From the NCBI GenBank assembly GCA_023434265.1, contig JAEYTA010000202.1, positions 11,634-75,633 of the forward strand: a stretch of 64,000 nt of DNA, written 5' to 3'. A program made the position numbers and the translations under genes. The stretch comes from Pseudomonadota bacterium (GTDB lineage: Bacteria > Pseudomonadota > Alphaproteobacteria > Caulobacterales > Caulobacteraceae). The number at the start of each line of letters is the position of its first letter. Positions within the stretch are counted from its first letter, which is position 1. Shown here piece by piece: positions 50,848 through 63,389 of the stretch. The notes beneath the pieces were generated by a model, which was given only the letters and a program-made list of their open reading frames with translations, made no database searches and had not been told where the DNA came from.

Positions 50848-50959
50848 GCCGCCGCCCGGCCAGCGACGGTCGGGCTTGCGCGGCGGCGCGGCGCGGTTCC
50901 ACATACGGATATGTGCAAGTCGCCGGATTTCGGGCGGAATTGGGTGGCGAGGTGAGGCC

Positions 50960-51694
50960 GTGACCCGCTTCGTCCCGCATCGCCAGCTGCGCTTCTACAT
51001 GACCTCGGTCGCCCCCTGTCCCTACCTGCCCGGTCAGACGGAGCGGAAGGTGTTCGCCAACCTGCCCTTCTCCGACGGGGCGCACGTCAACGACGAGCTG
51101 ACCCAGGCGGGGTTCCGGCGCAGCCAGAACATCGCCTACCGCCCCGCCTGCGAGGCCTGCGACGCCTGCGTGTCGGTGCGCATCCCGGTGGCCGGCTTCG
51201 GCTTTTCGCGCTCGCAGCGGCGGGTGCTGGCGCGCAACGAGGACCTGAGTCGCGACCTGGTCGAGGCGGAGGCGACGACCGAGCAGTTCGACCTGCTGCG
51301 CCGCTATCTGCTGGCCCGGCATCCGGGCGGGGGGATGAGCGGCATGGGCTGGCTCGACTATGTGGCCATGGTCGAGGACACGGCAGTTCGGACCCACCTG
51401 ATCGAGTACCGCATGCCCTCGCCCGACGGCGGGCCGGGCGACCTGGTCGGCGTGTGCCTGACCGACCTGCTCTCGGACGGGCTGTCGATGGTCTACAGCT
51501 TCTTCGACCCGACGCTGGAGGCGCGCAGCCCGGGGCGGTTCGCCATCCTCGACCACGTGCGGCAGGCCCAGGCGGTGGGGCTGCCCTATGTCTACCTCGG
51601 CTACTGGGTGCGGGGCTCCGAGAAGATGGACTACAAGGCCGCCTTCCGGCCGATGGAGCAGCTGACCCGGCTGGGCTGGGAGCCGCTGGTCTAG
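50960..51694 (+). CDS. bpt: Arginyl/aspartate-glutamate leucyl-tRNA--protein transferase Bpt (ATE family)
   Basis: CPYLPGQTERKVF, GFRRSQNIAYRPAC, YSFFDP, LPYVYLGYWV. Start is tentative: GTG 50960 or ATG 50999. Confidence 0.88.
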   Translation: MTRFVPHRQLRFYMTSVAPCPYLPGQTERKVFANLPFSDGAHVNDELTQAGFRRSQNIAYRPACEACDACVSVRIPVAGFGFSRSQRRVLARNEDLSRDLVEAEATTEQFDLLRRYLLARHPGGGMSGMGWLDYVAMVEDTAVRTHLIEYRMPSPDGGPGDLVGVCLTDLLSDGLSMVYSFFDPTLEARSPGRFAILDHVRQAQAVGLPYVYLGYWVRGSEKMDYKAAFRPMEQLTRLGWEPLV

Positions 51695-52719
51695 CCGGCC
51701 GCCGGGACCGAGGTCGCCCGCCCCGCCGCCGCTTCCGCCGGCCCGGCCCATGGCCCCGGATCCCGGCCGCCGCCGAATTTCACAAGCGCTTCAATGCGTT
51801 TCGCGATCGGCGGGTGGGTGGCGAAGAGGCCCTCGAGGCCCCGGCCGTCGGGCTGGTTGTCGAGAAACATCTGCTGCACCTCGTCGGGGCCCTTCAGCGA
51901 GGAGCGGCCCTCGATCTTGCGCAGGGCCGAGATCATGGCGTCGGGGTTCTTGGTCAGTTCGACGGCGCCGGCGTCGGCGACGAACTCGCGGGTGCGCGAC
52001 AGCATCATGCGGATGACGACGGCCAGGGCCACGCCGACGGCGGCGAAGACGAGGCCGATGAGGATCAGCGGGCCGGCGTTGGAGTTCTTCGAGCGGCCCC
52101 GGCCGCCGGCGTAGAACAGGCCGCGGAAGACCAGCTCGGCCAGCACGCTGATGATGCCGGCGAAGATGGAGGCGATGACCATGGTGCGCACGTCCTTGTT
52201 GATGACGTGGGTCAGCTCGTGGGCGAGGACGGCCTCGACCTCGTCGCGGCTGAGGGTGTTCACCAGGCCGCGGGTGACGGTGACGCTGTAGCGGCCCTCG
52301 TGCAGGCCGGTGGCGAAGGCGTTGAGGCTGTCGCTCTCGATCATGCGCAGGGTCGGGGTGCGCATGCCGCGAGAGATGGCGAGGTTTTCCAGCAGGTTGT
52401 AGAGCTGCGGCTCAGACCGTCTCTCAACCTTCCGGGCGCCGGTGATGGCGTCGATGATGACCTGGTTGCCGAGGTAGGCGATGGCGAACCAGATCGCCGC
52501 CACGACCAGGGCCATGGGCACGGTCCAGCCCAGCCAGGAGGCGGCCAGCGCCATGTCGTCGCCCAGCCCCCGCCCCGTACCGGGCAGGAGGCCGAAGCCC
52601 ATGAGGATCAGCTGCAGGCCGTAGAGGATGAAGACCAGCAGCACCGGGAAGCCGGCGAGCAGCAGCACGGAACGGGTGTTGTTCGCCCAGATGTGGGTCT
52701 GGAGCCCGACGGCGCCCAT
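51691..52719 (-). CDS. htpX: M48 family zinc metallopeptidase HtpX
   Basis: Four TM helices and the zinc motif LAHELTHVINKD. Lies 7 nt downstream of lemA on the same strand. Confidence 0.92.
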   Translation of the reverse strand: MGAVGLQTHIWANNTRSVLLLAGFPVLLVFILYGLQLILMGFGLLPGTGRGLGDDMALAASWLGWTVPMALVVAAIWFAIAYLGNQVIIDAITGARKVERRSEPQLYNLLENLAISRGMRTPTLRMIESDSLNAFATGLHEGRYSVTVTRGLVNTLSRDEVEAVLAHELTHVINKDVRTMVIASIFAGIISVLAELVFRGLFYAGGRGRSKNSNAGPLILIGLVFAAVGVALAVVIRMMLSRTREFVADAGAVELTKNPDAMISALRKIEGRSSLKGPDEVQQMFLDNQPDGRGLEGLFATHPPIAKRIEALVKFGGGRDPGPWAGPAEAAAGRATSVPAAG

Positions 52720-52726
52720 GGATCGA

Positions 52727-53314
52727 TCAGGCCTGGAAATTCACCGTCGGCGGGGCGGCGGTCATGGCGGCGCGGTCGGTCTCGCCCACGTCGAAGAAGG
52801 GCTTGTCCGAGCCGAAGCCGAACAGGCCGGCGAACAGCACGGTCGGGAACTGGCGGCGGGCGGCGTTGAACTCGGAGACCGCGTTGTTGAAGAAGCGGCG
52901 GGCGGCGGCGAGTTTGTTCTCGATGTCCGAGAGCTCGGTCTGCAACTGCTGGAAGTTGGTGTTGGCCTTGAGGTCCGGATAGGCCTCGGCGACCGCGAAC
53001 AGGCGGCCCAGGGCGCCGGAGAGCATGTTCTCGGCCTCGACCCGTTCGTTGACGTTGTGGGCCCCGGCGGCGGCGGCGCGGGCGGCGGTGACGGCGTCGA
53101 GCGTGCCGCGCTCGTGGGCGGCGTAGCCCTTCACCGTCTCGACGAGGTTGGGGATCAGGTCCTGGCGCTGTTTCAACTGGACGTCGATGTCGGCGAACGA
53201 CTGGTCGGCGCGCTGGTCCAGCGCCACGAGCCGGTTGTAGCCGCCGACGACGATGAAGCCGATCACGGCGACGATGACGACGATGACGATCAGGGTGATC
53301 ATGTCAGTCTCCAC
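52727..53314 (-). CDS. lemA: LemA family protein
   Basis: N-terminal TM (ITLIVIVVIVAVIGFIVV), YNRLVAL, VETVKGYAAHE, AEAYPDLKAN, RRFFNNAVSEFN. The start may be 53302. Confidence 0.92.
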   Translation of the reverse strand: METDMITLIVIVVIVAVIGFIVVGGYNRLVALDQRADQSFADIDVQLKQRQDLIPNLVETVKGYAAHERGTLDAVTAARAAAAGAHNVNERVEAENMLSGALGRLFAVAEAYPDLKANTNFQQLQTELSDIENKLAAARRFFNNAVSEFNAARRQFPTVLFAGLFGFGSDKPFFDVGETDRAAMTAAPPTVNFQA

Positions 53315-53408
53315 AGCGGGGCGGAGGCCCCCTCCTCCCGACTATCGCCGGATATGGCCAAGGCGCGAAGTGAAATCGGAGTCAGGTCGGGGCGTGTGAT
53401 CGGTCCGG

Positions 53409-53570
53409 TTCCGCGCCGCCCCCTCCACCATGCTGCGCCTGCGGCTCCGCATGGTCCCCCTCCCCATCTGCGATGGGGAGGTGAATGAAAGCCGCCCTCC
53501 TCTCACCGCTCCACGAAGTGGGGAGGTGGATCGGCGGCGAAGCCGACGAGACGGAGGGGGCGGCGCGGAA
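53409..53570. repeat. 162-bp structured non-coding element closed by an 18-bp perfect inverted repeat (REP/MITE-like element or structured RNA)
   Basis: TTCCGCGCCGCCCCCTCC (53409-26) is the exact reverse complement of GGAGGGGGCGGCGCGGAA (53553-70). Four internal hairpins lie between them, including the perfect 10-bp stem CCTCCCCATC-TGC-GATGGGGAGG (53459-81). Confidence 0.6.
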
Positions 53571-53571
53571 A

Positions 53572-55773
<2,202 letters not shown>

Positions 55774-55806
55774 GAGGCTTCGAATCGGAAATCCAGCCCG
55801 GGAAGT

Positions 55807-56376
55807 CTAGTCGCCCGGGTCGAAGTGGCCGCGATTTTCGGCGGCCACATCGGCCACTTCGGCCACTTCCGGCGTCTCGTCCACAGCTTCGTCGTCCGAC
55901 GGATCGGGGACGCGCATCATGTCGGCTCGCAGGAGGTCCGCCGCACTGTACGGATCCCGGCCGACGTCGTGCCGCTCGCCGAGCCGCATGGCCAGCTGAG
56001 CCACGCGCAGCCAGGCGGCGGATTCCCGCGGGCCGCCGAGAGCCGCGCTTTCCGCCGCGCGCCGAAAGGCGAAGTCGGCGAGGCCGCCCGCCTTGGGCGC
56101 GAACAGAAGCTCGTAGGCGTCCTCGCCGTTGAGGTCGTCGATGACGCCGAGTTCCGGCCGGCCGGGATCGAACCGCAGCCGTTCGAGCCGGCCGGCCGCG
56201 GGGTCGTCCACGCGTCGCCATCCTTCGTCGTGGGCGTGCCGACGAACGGAGCGAAGGGCCAGCCCGTAGCGCTCGGCCACGACGGCGGCGGAGGCGCCGG
56301 CTTCGTAGTCGGCGCGGGCGGCGGCCCAGGTCTCGGCGGAGCGGCGGGTATGGGGCGGAAGAGGTGCGTCTGTCAT
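55807..56376 (-). CDS. Hypothetical protein with N-terminal HTH-like segment and acidic C-terminal tail
   Basis: 189 aa. AVVAERYGLALRSVRRHAHDEGW resembles a small HTH; the tail DPSDDEAVDETPEVAEVADVAAE is strongly acidic. 33 nt upstream of parC on the same strand. Confidence 0.6.
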   Translation of the reverse strand: MTDAPLPPHTRRSAETWAAARADYEAGASAAVVAERYGLALRSVRRHAHDEGWRRVDDPAAGRLERLRFDPGRPELGVIDDLNGEDAYELLFAPKAGGLADFAFRRAAESAALGGPRESAAWLRVAQLAMRLGERHDVGRDPYSAADLLRADMMRVPDPSDDEAVDETPEVAEVADVAAENRGHFDPGD

Positions 56377-56507
56377 GGCCGCGATTATCCGGCCGCTCCG
56401 GACAGTGCCGGGGATTCGCGGATTTCAACGCCTCAAGTCGTGGAATCCACACGACTTCGTCTCGCCAGCGGGGCGGGGAGTTAATGAAAGGCGGCACCGG
56501 CGAGGCG

Positions 56508-57239
56508 TCAGAGCCGCCCGGCCTCCCGCAGCCGGTCGATCATCCAGGTCCGCGCCGGCGGCAGGGGCCGGTCCAGCGGATGGAAGACGAACTGCTCGAG
56601 GAAGTGGCCGGTGAGGTCGAGGCCGACGCCGACGTCGCCCTCGGCGAGGCCGGCCTGGGCGCCGAGGAGGAAGGGCGGCAGGGGCAGCAGCTTGTCGGCG
56701 TACGGGACGCCCGCCGCGCGGCTGACGGCGCGACCGGTGCGGGGGCTGACCCAGACCAGGTCGTCGGTCGAGCCGGTGGCGGCGCAGCGGCTGAGGTCGA
56801 GGCCGAAGCCGAGGTCCTCCAGCAGGCCGGCCTCGAAACGGACGAAGACGGCCGGCCAGACCTCGGGAATGGCGAAGGCCGACATCAGGGCCTCGAAGGC
56901 GTGGAAGGCGCCGGGATGCGGCTCGCGCTCCGGCAGGGCGCCCTGGGCCACGGCGGCGGCGGCGGCGAGGCCGGTCAGGGCCAGCGGGTCGTCGAACAGG
57001 GCGCTGGGCCCCTCCCCCACCGGCTCCAGCCGCGCCGAGCCGAGGTGCTCGGAGGTGCGGGCGCGGTAGTCGGCGACGACGCGGGCGCCGGGCTGCAGGA
57101 AGGGCTTCATGCGCCGCGAGGCGCCGCCGGCGACGTAGGCGGCGCGGCGGCCGTGGCCCTCGGTCAGCAGGTCGGCGACCACGCCGGTGTCCCCGTGCGG
57201 GCGGGCGGCGAGGACGAAGGCGTCTTCGGTGAAGTCCAT
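56508..57239 (-). CDS. recO: DNA repair protein RecO
   Basis: N-terminal OB fold (EDAFVLAARPHGDTGVVADLLTEGHGR) and about 243 aa with the typical RecO C-terminal helical domain. Confidence 0.85.
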   Translation of the reverse strand: MDFTEDAFVLAARPHGDTGVVADLLTEGHGRRAAYVAGGASRRMKPFLQPGARVVADYRARTSEHLGSARLEPVGEGPSALFDDPLALTGLAAAAAVAQGALPEREPHPGAFHAFEALMSAFAIPEVWPAVFVRFEAGLLEDLGFGLDLSRCAATGSTDDLVWVSPRTGRAVSRAAGVPYADKLLPLPPFLLGAQAGLAEGDVGVGLDLTGHFLEQFVFHPLDRPLPPARTWMIDRLREAGRL

Positions 57240-57252
57240 GCGCCCGGCTTAG

Positions 57253-59385
<2,133 letters not shown>

Positions 59386-59419
59386 CGGCCGCGGCCCTTT
59401 CGGGCGGGCGGGGAGCTTT

Positions 59420-59465
59420 ATTTAACCGGACGGTTGACAACGGCGGCCGGCGGGTGCATTTAACC
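59420..59465 (+). promoter_or_regulatory. Candidate promoter/operator of the arsR-led cluster
   Basis: The 8-bp direct repeat ATTTAACC (59420-27 and 59458-65) flanks a TTGACA hexamer (59434-39). A short inverted repeat TAAC-CTGTCA-GTTA lies at 59461-74. arsR ATG is at 59489. Confidence 0.35.
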
Positions 59466-59488
59466 TGTCAGTTACATACGAAGCCGCC

Positions 59489-59836
59489 ATGCAGACCGAT
59501 CCCCTCTCCGCCAAGTTCGCCGCCCTCGCCGACCCGACGCGTCGGGCCATCCTGGCGCGGCTGAGCGAGGGCGAGGCGACGGTCAACGAACTGGCCGAAC
59601 CGTTCGACATGAGCCTGCCGGCGGTGTCGAAGCACCTGAAGGTGCTGGAGAAGGCCGGTCTGATCAGCCGGGGGCGCGAGGCGCAGTGGCGTCCCGCCCG
59701 GCTGGAGCCGATGGCGCTGAAGGGCATCGCCGAGTGGCTGGAGCACTACCGCCGCTACTGGGACGCCAGCTTCGACCGACTGGATGCCTACCTGAAGAAG
59801 ATCCAACAAGGAGACGACCGTGGCCCAAGAAACTGA
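59489..59836 (+). CDS. ArsR/SmtB family transcriptional regulator
   Basis: FAALADPTRRAILARLSEGEATVNELAEPFDMSLPAVSKHLKVLEKAGLI is a canonical ArsR wHTH. Confidence 0.92.
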   Translation: MQTDPLSAKFAALADPTRRAILARLSEGEATVNELAEPFDMSLPAVSKHLKVLEKAGLISRGREAQWRPARLEPMALKGIAEWLEHYRRYWDASFDRLDAYLKKIQQGDDRGPRN

Positions 59837-60326
59837 CGCCAACCCGTGCAACACCGACGGCGTGGCGCACGAGTTCAACCTGGTGCTGCGCCGGACGATC
59901 GACGCCTCGCCGGAACGCATCTGGAAGGCGTGGATGACGCCGGAGCTGCTGCAGCAATGGTTCGCGCCCAAGCCGTGGACCATCTCGGACGTGGTCATCG
60001 ACCCGCGGCCGGGCGGGGCGTTCAACTTCGTCATGCACGGGCCGGACGGCGAGCGCTTTCCGAACCACGGGGTGTTCCTCGACGTCGAGCCCGGCCGGCG
60101 CTGGACCACGACCGACGCCTTCACGCCGGACTGGAAACCGGCCGGGCAGCCGTTCATGGTGGCGACCGTCGAACTGACCCCCACCGCGGACGGCAAGACC
60201 GAGTACGTGGCCACCGCCCGCCACTGGAACGCGGAGACGATGAAGCAGCACGAGGCCATGGGCTTCCACGAGGGCTGGGGCCAGTGCGCCGACCAGCTGG
60301 CCGAGCTGCTGAAGACGCCGAACTGA
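59820..60326 (+). CDS. SRPBCC (AHSA1 / activator of Hsp90 ATPase homolog 1-like) protein
   Basis: LRRTIDASPERIWKAWMTPELLQQWF, HEGWGQCADQLAELL. 17-nt overlap with arsR. Confidence 0.85.
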   Translation: MAQETDANPCNTDGVAHEFNLVLRRTIDASPERIWKAWMTPELLQQWFAPKPWTISDVVIDPRPGGAFNFVMHGPDGERFPNHGVFLDVEPGRRWTTTDAFTPDWKPAGQPFMVATVELTPTADGKTEYVATARHWNAETMKQHEAMGFHEGWGQCADQLAELLKTPN

Positions 60327-60357
60327 CCTTCCCCGACCGTCGACCGGAGCCAGCCTG

Positions 60358-60837
60358 ATGAGCCTCGTCGAAGACCTCGCCACCCGCCCCTCGCTGAGCC
60401 TGCAGCGAGTGTTCGACGCGCCCCGGGCGCTGGTGTGGAAGGCGTGGACGACGCCCGAGACGATGGTGCTGTGGCTGGGTCCGGTCGAATGGCCGGCGGT
60501 CAGCGTGGCCCAGGACCTGAGGGTCGGCGGCGAGTGGCGGGCCTGCCTGCGCTCGCCCGACACCGGCCAGGAGCTGTGGCAGGGCGGAGTCTATCGCGAG
60601 ATCGTCCCGCCCGAGCGGCTGGTGTTCACCTTCAAGTGGGACGAGTCCCACGAGGACGGACCGCCGGTCGACACCCTGGTCACGGTGGAGTTCGCCGAGC
60701 TCCCCGACGGCCGCACCCGCATGGACTTCACCCACGAGGGGCTGAAGTCGGAGCAGAGCCTGACCGGACACCGGCACGGCTGGACCTCCACCTTCGAACG
60801 CCTCGTGGCCTTCCTCGCCGCGGAGGCGGATCAGTAG
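60358..60837 (+). CDS. SRPBCC (AHSA1-like) protein, second copy
   Basis: LQRVFDAPRALVWKAWTTPETMVLWLGP, HRHGWTSTFERLVAFL. Confidence 0.85.
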   Translation: MSLVEDLATRPSLSLQRVFDAPRALVWKAWTTPETMVLWLGPVEWPAVSVAQDLRVGGEWRACLRSPDTGQELWQGGVYREIVPPERLVFTFKWDESHEDGPPVDTLVTVEFAELPDGRTRMDFTHEGLKSEQSLTGHRHGWTSTFERLVAFLAAEADQ

Positions 60838-60888
60838 CGGCGCCGCGGCGTCGCCAGCGTGAGTTCAAACTCGACAGGAGCGACGACC

Positions 60889-61308
60889 ATGAAGATCGTG
60901 ACCAGCCTGACCTTCCGCGGCCAGTGCCGCCAGGCGTTCGAATTCTACGCCGGGGTGCTGGGCGGAGAGATCACCGCCGCCATGCCCTATGGCGACGGTC
61001 CGCCCGACATGCCCATTCCGCCGCAGTACAGGGATCAGCTGATGCACTGCTGGCTGCAGATCGGCGACCAGGCGATCATGGGCTTCGACGCGGTGCCCGA
61101 GTTCGCGCCGAACTACGACAAGCCGCACAACGGCTTCGACGTGACCCTGCACACCGCTGACAAGGCCGAGGCGAAGCGCTGGTTCGACCAGCTGTCCGAG
61201 GGCGGGCGGGTGACCATGGACTTCGCCGAGACCTTCTGGTCGCCGGGCTTCGGCAGCCTGGTCGACCGCTACGACATCCCGTGGATGGTGAACGTCACCC
61301 CGGCCTGA
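60889..61308 (+). CDS. VOC/glyoxalase-fold protein (PhnB-like)
   Basis: MKIVTSLTFRGQCRQAFEFYAGVLGGEI, FWSPGFGSLVDRYDIPWMVN. Start taken at the internal ATG 60889. Confidence 0.82.
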   Translation: MKIVTSLTFRGQCRQAFEFYAGVLGGEITAAMPYGDGPPDMPIPPQYRDQLMHCWLQIGDQAIMGFDAVPEFAPNYDKPHNGFDVTLHTADKAEAKRWFDQLSEGGRVTMDFAETFWSPGFGSLVDRYDIPWMVNVTPA

Positions 61309-61360
61309 CCCACGTCTCACGGGGCGGCCGCCGCCCCTCCCCGTTCAAAGGAGATCCGCC

Positions 61361-61750
61361 ATGAAGGCCTCGCCCATGGTCTGGACCGGACGCGTCCTGA
61401 GCGCCCTGTTCGCCCTGTTCATCCTGGGAGCCTCGGCGCTCCCCAAGCTGGCCGGCATGCCGGTGGCCGAGGAGACCATGGCCCAGCTGGGATGGCCCGC
61501 CGGCTACGCCTTCGCCATCGGCGTGGTCGAGCTGGCGCTGGTGGTCCTCTACCTGGTTCCGCGCACCAGCGTGCTGGGGGCGGTGCTGTTCATGGGCCTG
61601 CTGGGCGGGGCCATGGCCACCCAGATCCGGGCCGGCAGCCCACTGTTCAGCCACCAGCTGTTCTCGATCTACCTCGGCCTGGTCATGTGGGGCGGGCTGT
61701 GGCTGCGCGACCCGGCGCTCAGGGCGCTGTTCCCGTTCCGACGCACCTGA
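61361..61750 (+). CDS. DoxX-like (DoxX_2) membrane protein
   Basis: 129 aa, four TM helices. GRVLSALFALFILGASALPKL, VVELALVVLYLVPRT. Confidence 0.8.
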   Translation: MKASPMVWTGRVLSALFALFILGASALPKLAGMPVAEETMAQLGWPAGYAFAIGVVELALVVLYLVPRTSVLGAVLFMGLLGGAMATQIRAGSPLFSHQLFSIYLGLVMWGGLWLRDPALRALFPFRRT

Positions 61751-61773
61751 ACCCCCGATCAAAGGAGAAGACG

Positions 61774-62730
61774 ATGAAACCGCTTCTGCTGACCGCCGTC
61801 GCCGCCATCGCGCTGGCGACCGCCCTCCCCGCCACGGCGCAGACCGCGCCGGCGACCGAAGCCACGGTGCAGGCGCCGGTCGCGCGCGCCGACTCGGCCA
61901 CCGTCGAGGGCGGCGAGGTGCGCTACTTCGTGCACGGCGACCTGGCCTCCGGCGCCACGCCGCTGCTGGTGCTGCACGGGGCCTTCATGTCGTCGGACGC
62001 GATGGCGCCGCTGACCGACCTGATCACCGACCGGCCCCTGATCGTGGTCGACCAGCGCGGCCACGGACGGACCGGCGACCTGCCCGGCCCGATCTCCTAC
62101 GAGGCCCTGGCCGACGACGCGGCGGCGGTGCTGGCCGACGCCGGCGTCGCGAAGGCCGACGTGGTCGGCTATTCGATGGGGGCCGGGGCGGCGCTGCAGC
62201 TGGCGCTGCGCCATCCGGACCGGGTCGATCATCTGGTCATCGCCTCGGTCAGCTTCAACGAGGCGGGCAATCTGCCCGGCTTCGCCCAGATGATGGCCAG
62301 CATCACGCCGGAGATGTTCGCCGGCTCCGCCATGGAGGCGGAGTTCAGGCGCCTGGCCCCGGACCCGGACGCCTTCGCCTCGGTGGTCAACAAGATCAAG
62401 GTGATGGACCGGGGGCAGGACTGGTCGGCCGAGAACATCCGCGCCCTGCCGCACCCGACCTTCATCATCGTCGGCGACCACGACATCGTGCGGCCGGAAC
62501 ATGCCGTCGAGCTGTACCGGCTGCGCGGCGGCGGCGACACGGCGCGATCCGCCCAGCCCTTCCTGACCGAGGCGCCGCCGGCGCGGCTGGCCATCCTGCC
62601 GGGCAGTTCGCACATCGGCGTGTTCGGCGACCCGGCGCTGCTGGCCTCGATGATCCTGCCGTTCCTCGACGACGCGGTTCCGCCGCCCCCGCCCGCCTTC
62701 GCGGACGCGCCCGCGCCGGGAGACGAGTGA
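61774..62730 (+). CDS. Secreted alpha/beta hydrolase
   Basis: ATG 61774 after an AAAGGAGAAG SD sequence. Signal peptide MKPLLLTAVAAIALATALPATAQ; LLVLHGAF; nucleophile elbow GYSMGAG; C-terminal SSHIG. Confidence 0.85.
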   Translation: MKPLLLTAVAAIALATALPATAQTAPATEATVQAPVARADSATVEGGEVRYFVHGDLASGATPLLVLHGAFMSSDAMAPLTDLITDRPLIVVDQRGHGRTGDLPGPISYEALADDAAAVLADAGVAKADVVGYSMGAGAALQLALRHPDRVDHLVIASVSFNEAGNLPGFAQMMASITPEMFAGSAMEAEFRRLAPDPDAFASVVNKIKVMDRGQDWSAENIRALPHPTFIIVGDHDIVRPEHAVELYRLRGGGDTARSAQPFLTEAPPARLAILPGSSHIGVFGDPALLASMILPFLDDAVPPPPPAFADAPAPGDE

Positions 62731-63389
62731 TGCGCACGATCCGCGCCGCGACCTTCGTCTCCATCGACGGCGTCATGCAGGCGCCGGGCGGCCCCGACGA
62801 GGATCCCTCCGGCGGCTTCCGCTTCGGCGGCTGGAACTTCCCGTGGTGGGACGAGCCGCTGGAGCGGCTGATGGGCGACGCCATGGGCGAGGCCTACGAC
62901 CTGCTGCTGGGTCGCAGGACCTACGAGATCTTCGCCGCCTACTGGCCGTATCAGGACGACGAGATCGGTCGCGCCTTCACCGCCGCGAACAAGTATGTCG
63001 CGGCCGGGCCGGAGACGACGCTGGACTGGGCCAACAGCCATCGGCTGGAGGGCGATCTGGCCGAGGCCGTGCGGGCTCTGAAGGCGACCGAGGGCCGCGA
63101 CCTGCTGATCCAGGGTTCCAGCGAGGTGACGCACGCCCTGATGGCGGCCGACCTGATCGACCGGCTGACCCTCCTGACCTTCCCGGTCGTGCTGGGCCGG
63201 GGCAAGCGGCTGTTCGACGACGGCTCGCGGCCCCACGCCTGGCGGCTGATCAGCAGCGGCGTCTCGACGACCGGCGTGGTGGTCGCCAGCTACGAGCGCG
63301 ACGGAGAGGTGCCGGTGGGGTCCTTCCCGCAGGGCGCGCCGACGGCGGCCGAACTGGCGCGGCGCGCGCGCTGGGCCCGGGAGGGCTAG
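62730..63389 (+). CDS. Dihydrofolate reductase-like (RibD C-terminal domain) family protein
   Basis: MRTIRAATFVSIDGVMQAPGGPDED, LLLGRRTYEIFAAYW, DRLTLLTFPVVLGRGKRLF. Confidence 0.85.
   Translation: MRTIRAATFVSIDGVMQAPGGPDEDPSGGFRFGGWNFPWWDEPLERLMGDAMGEAYDLLLGRRTYEIFAAYWPYQDDEIGRAFTAANKYVAAGPETTLDWANSHRLEGDLAEAVRALKATEGRDLLIQGSSEVTHALMAADLIDRLTLLTFPVVLGRGKRLFDDGSRPHAWRLISSGVSTTGVVVASYERDGEVPVGSFPQGAPTAAELARRARWAREG

Noticed and set aside
56442-56451. DnaA-box-like GAATCCACA in the recO-downstream hairpin
   Set aside because: It has two mismatches to the TTATCCACA or TGATCCACA consensus, is a single occurrence, and has no A/T-rich unwinding region or other origin features nearby.
56470-56495. 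Second copy of part of the structured element: GGGGAGTTAATGAAAGGCGGC resembles GGGGAGGTGAATGAAAGCCGCC at 53475-53497
   Set aside because: It is only a match of about 15 nt with mismatches and lacks the flanking inverted repeats or hairpins. Matches of this length are expected by chance among all position pairs in 64 kb. It is worth re-examining only if a genome-wide search shows a repeat family.
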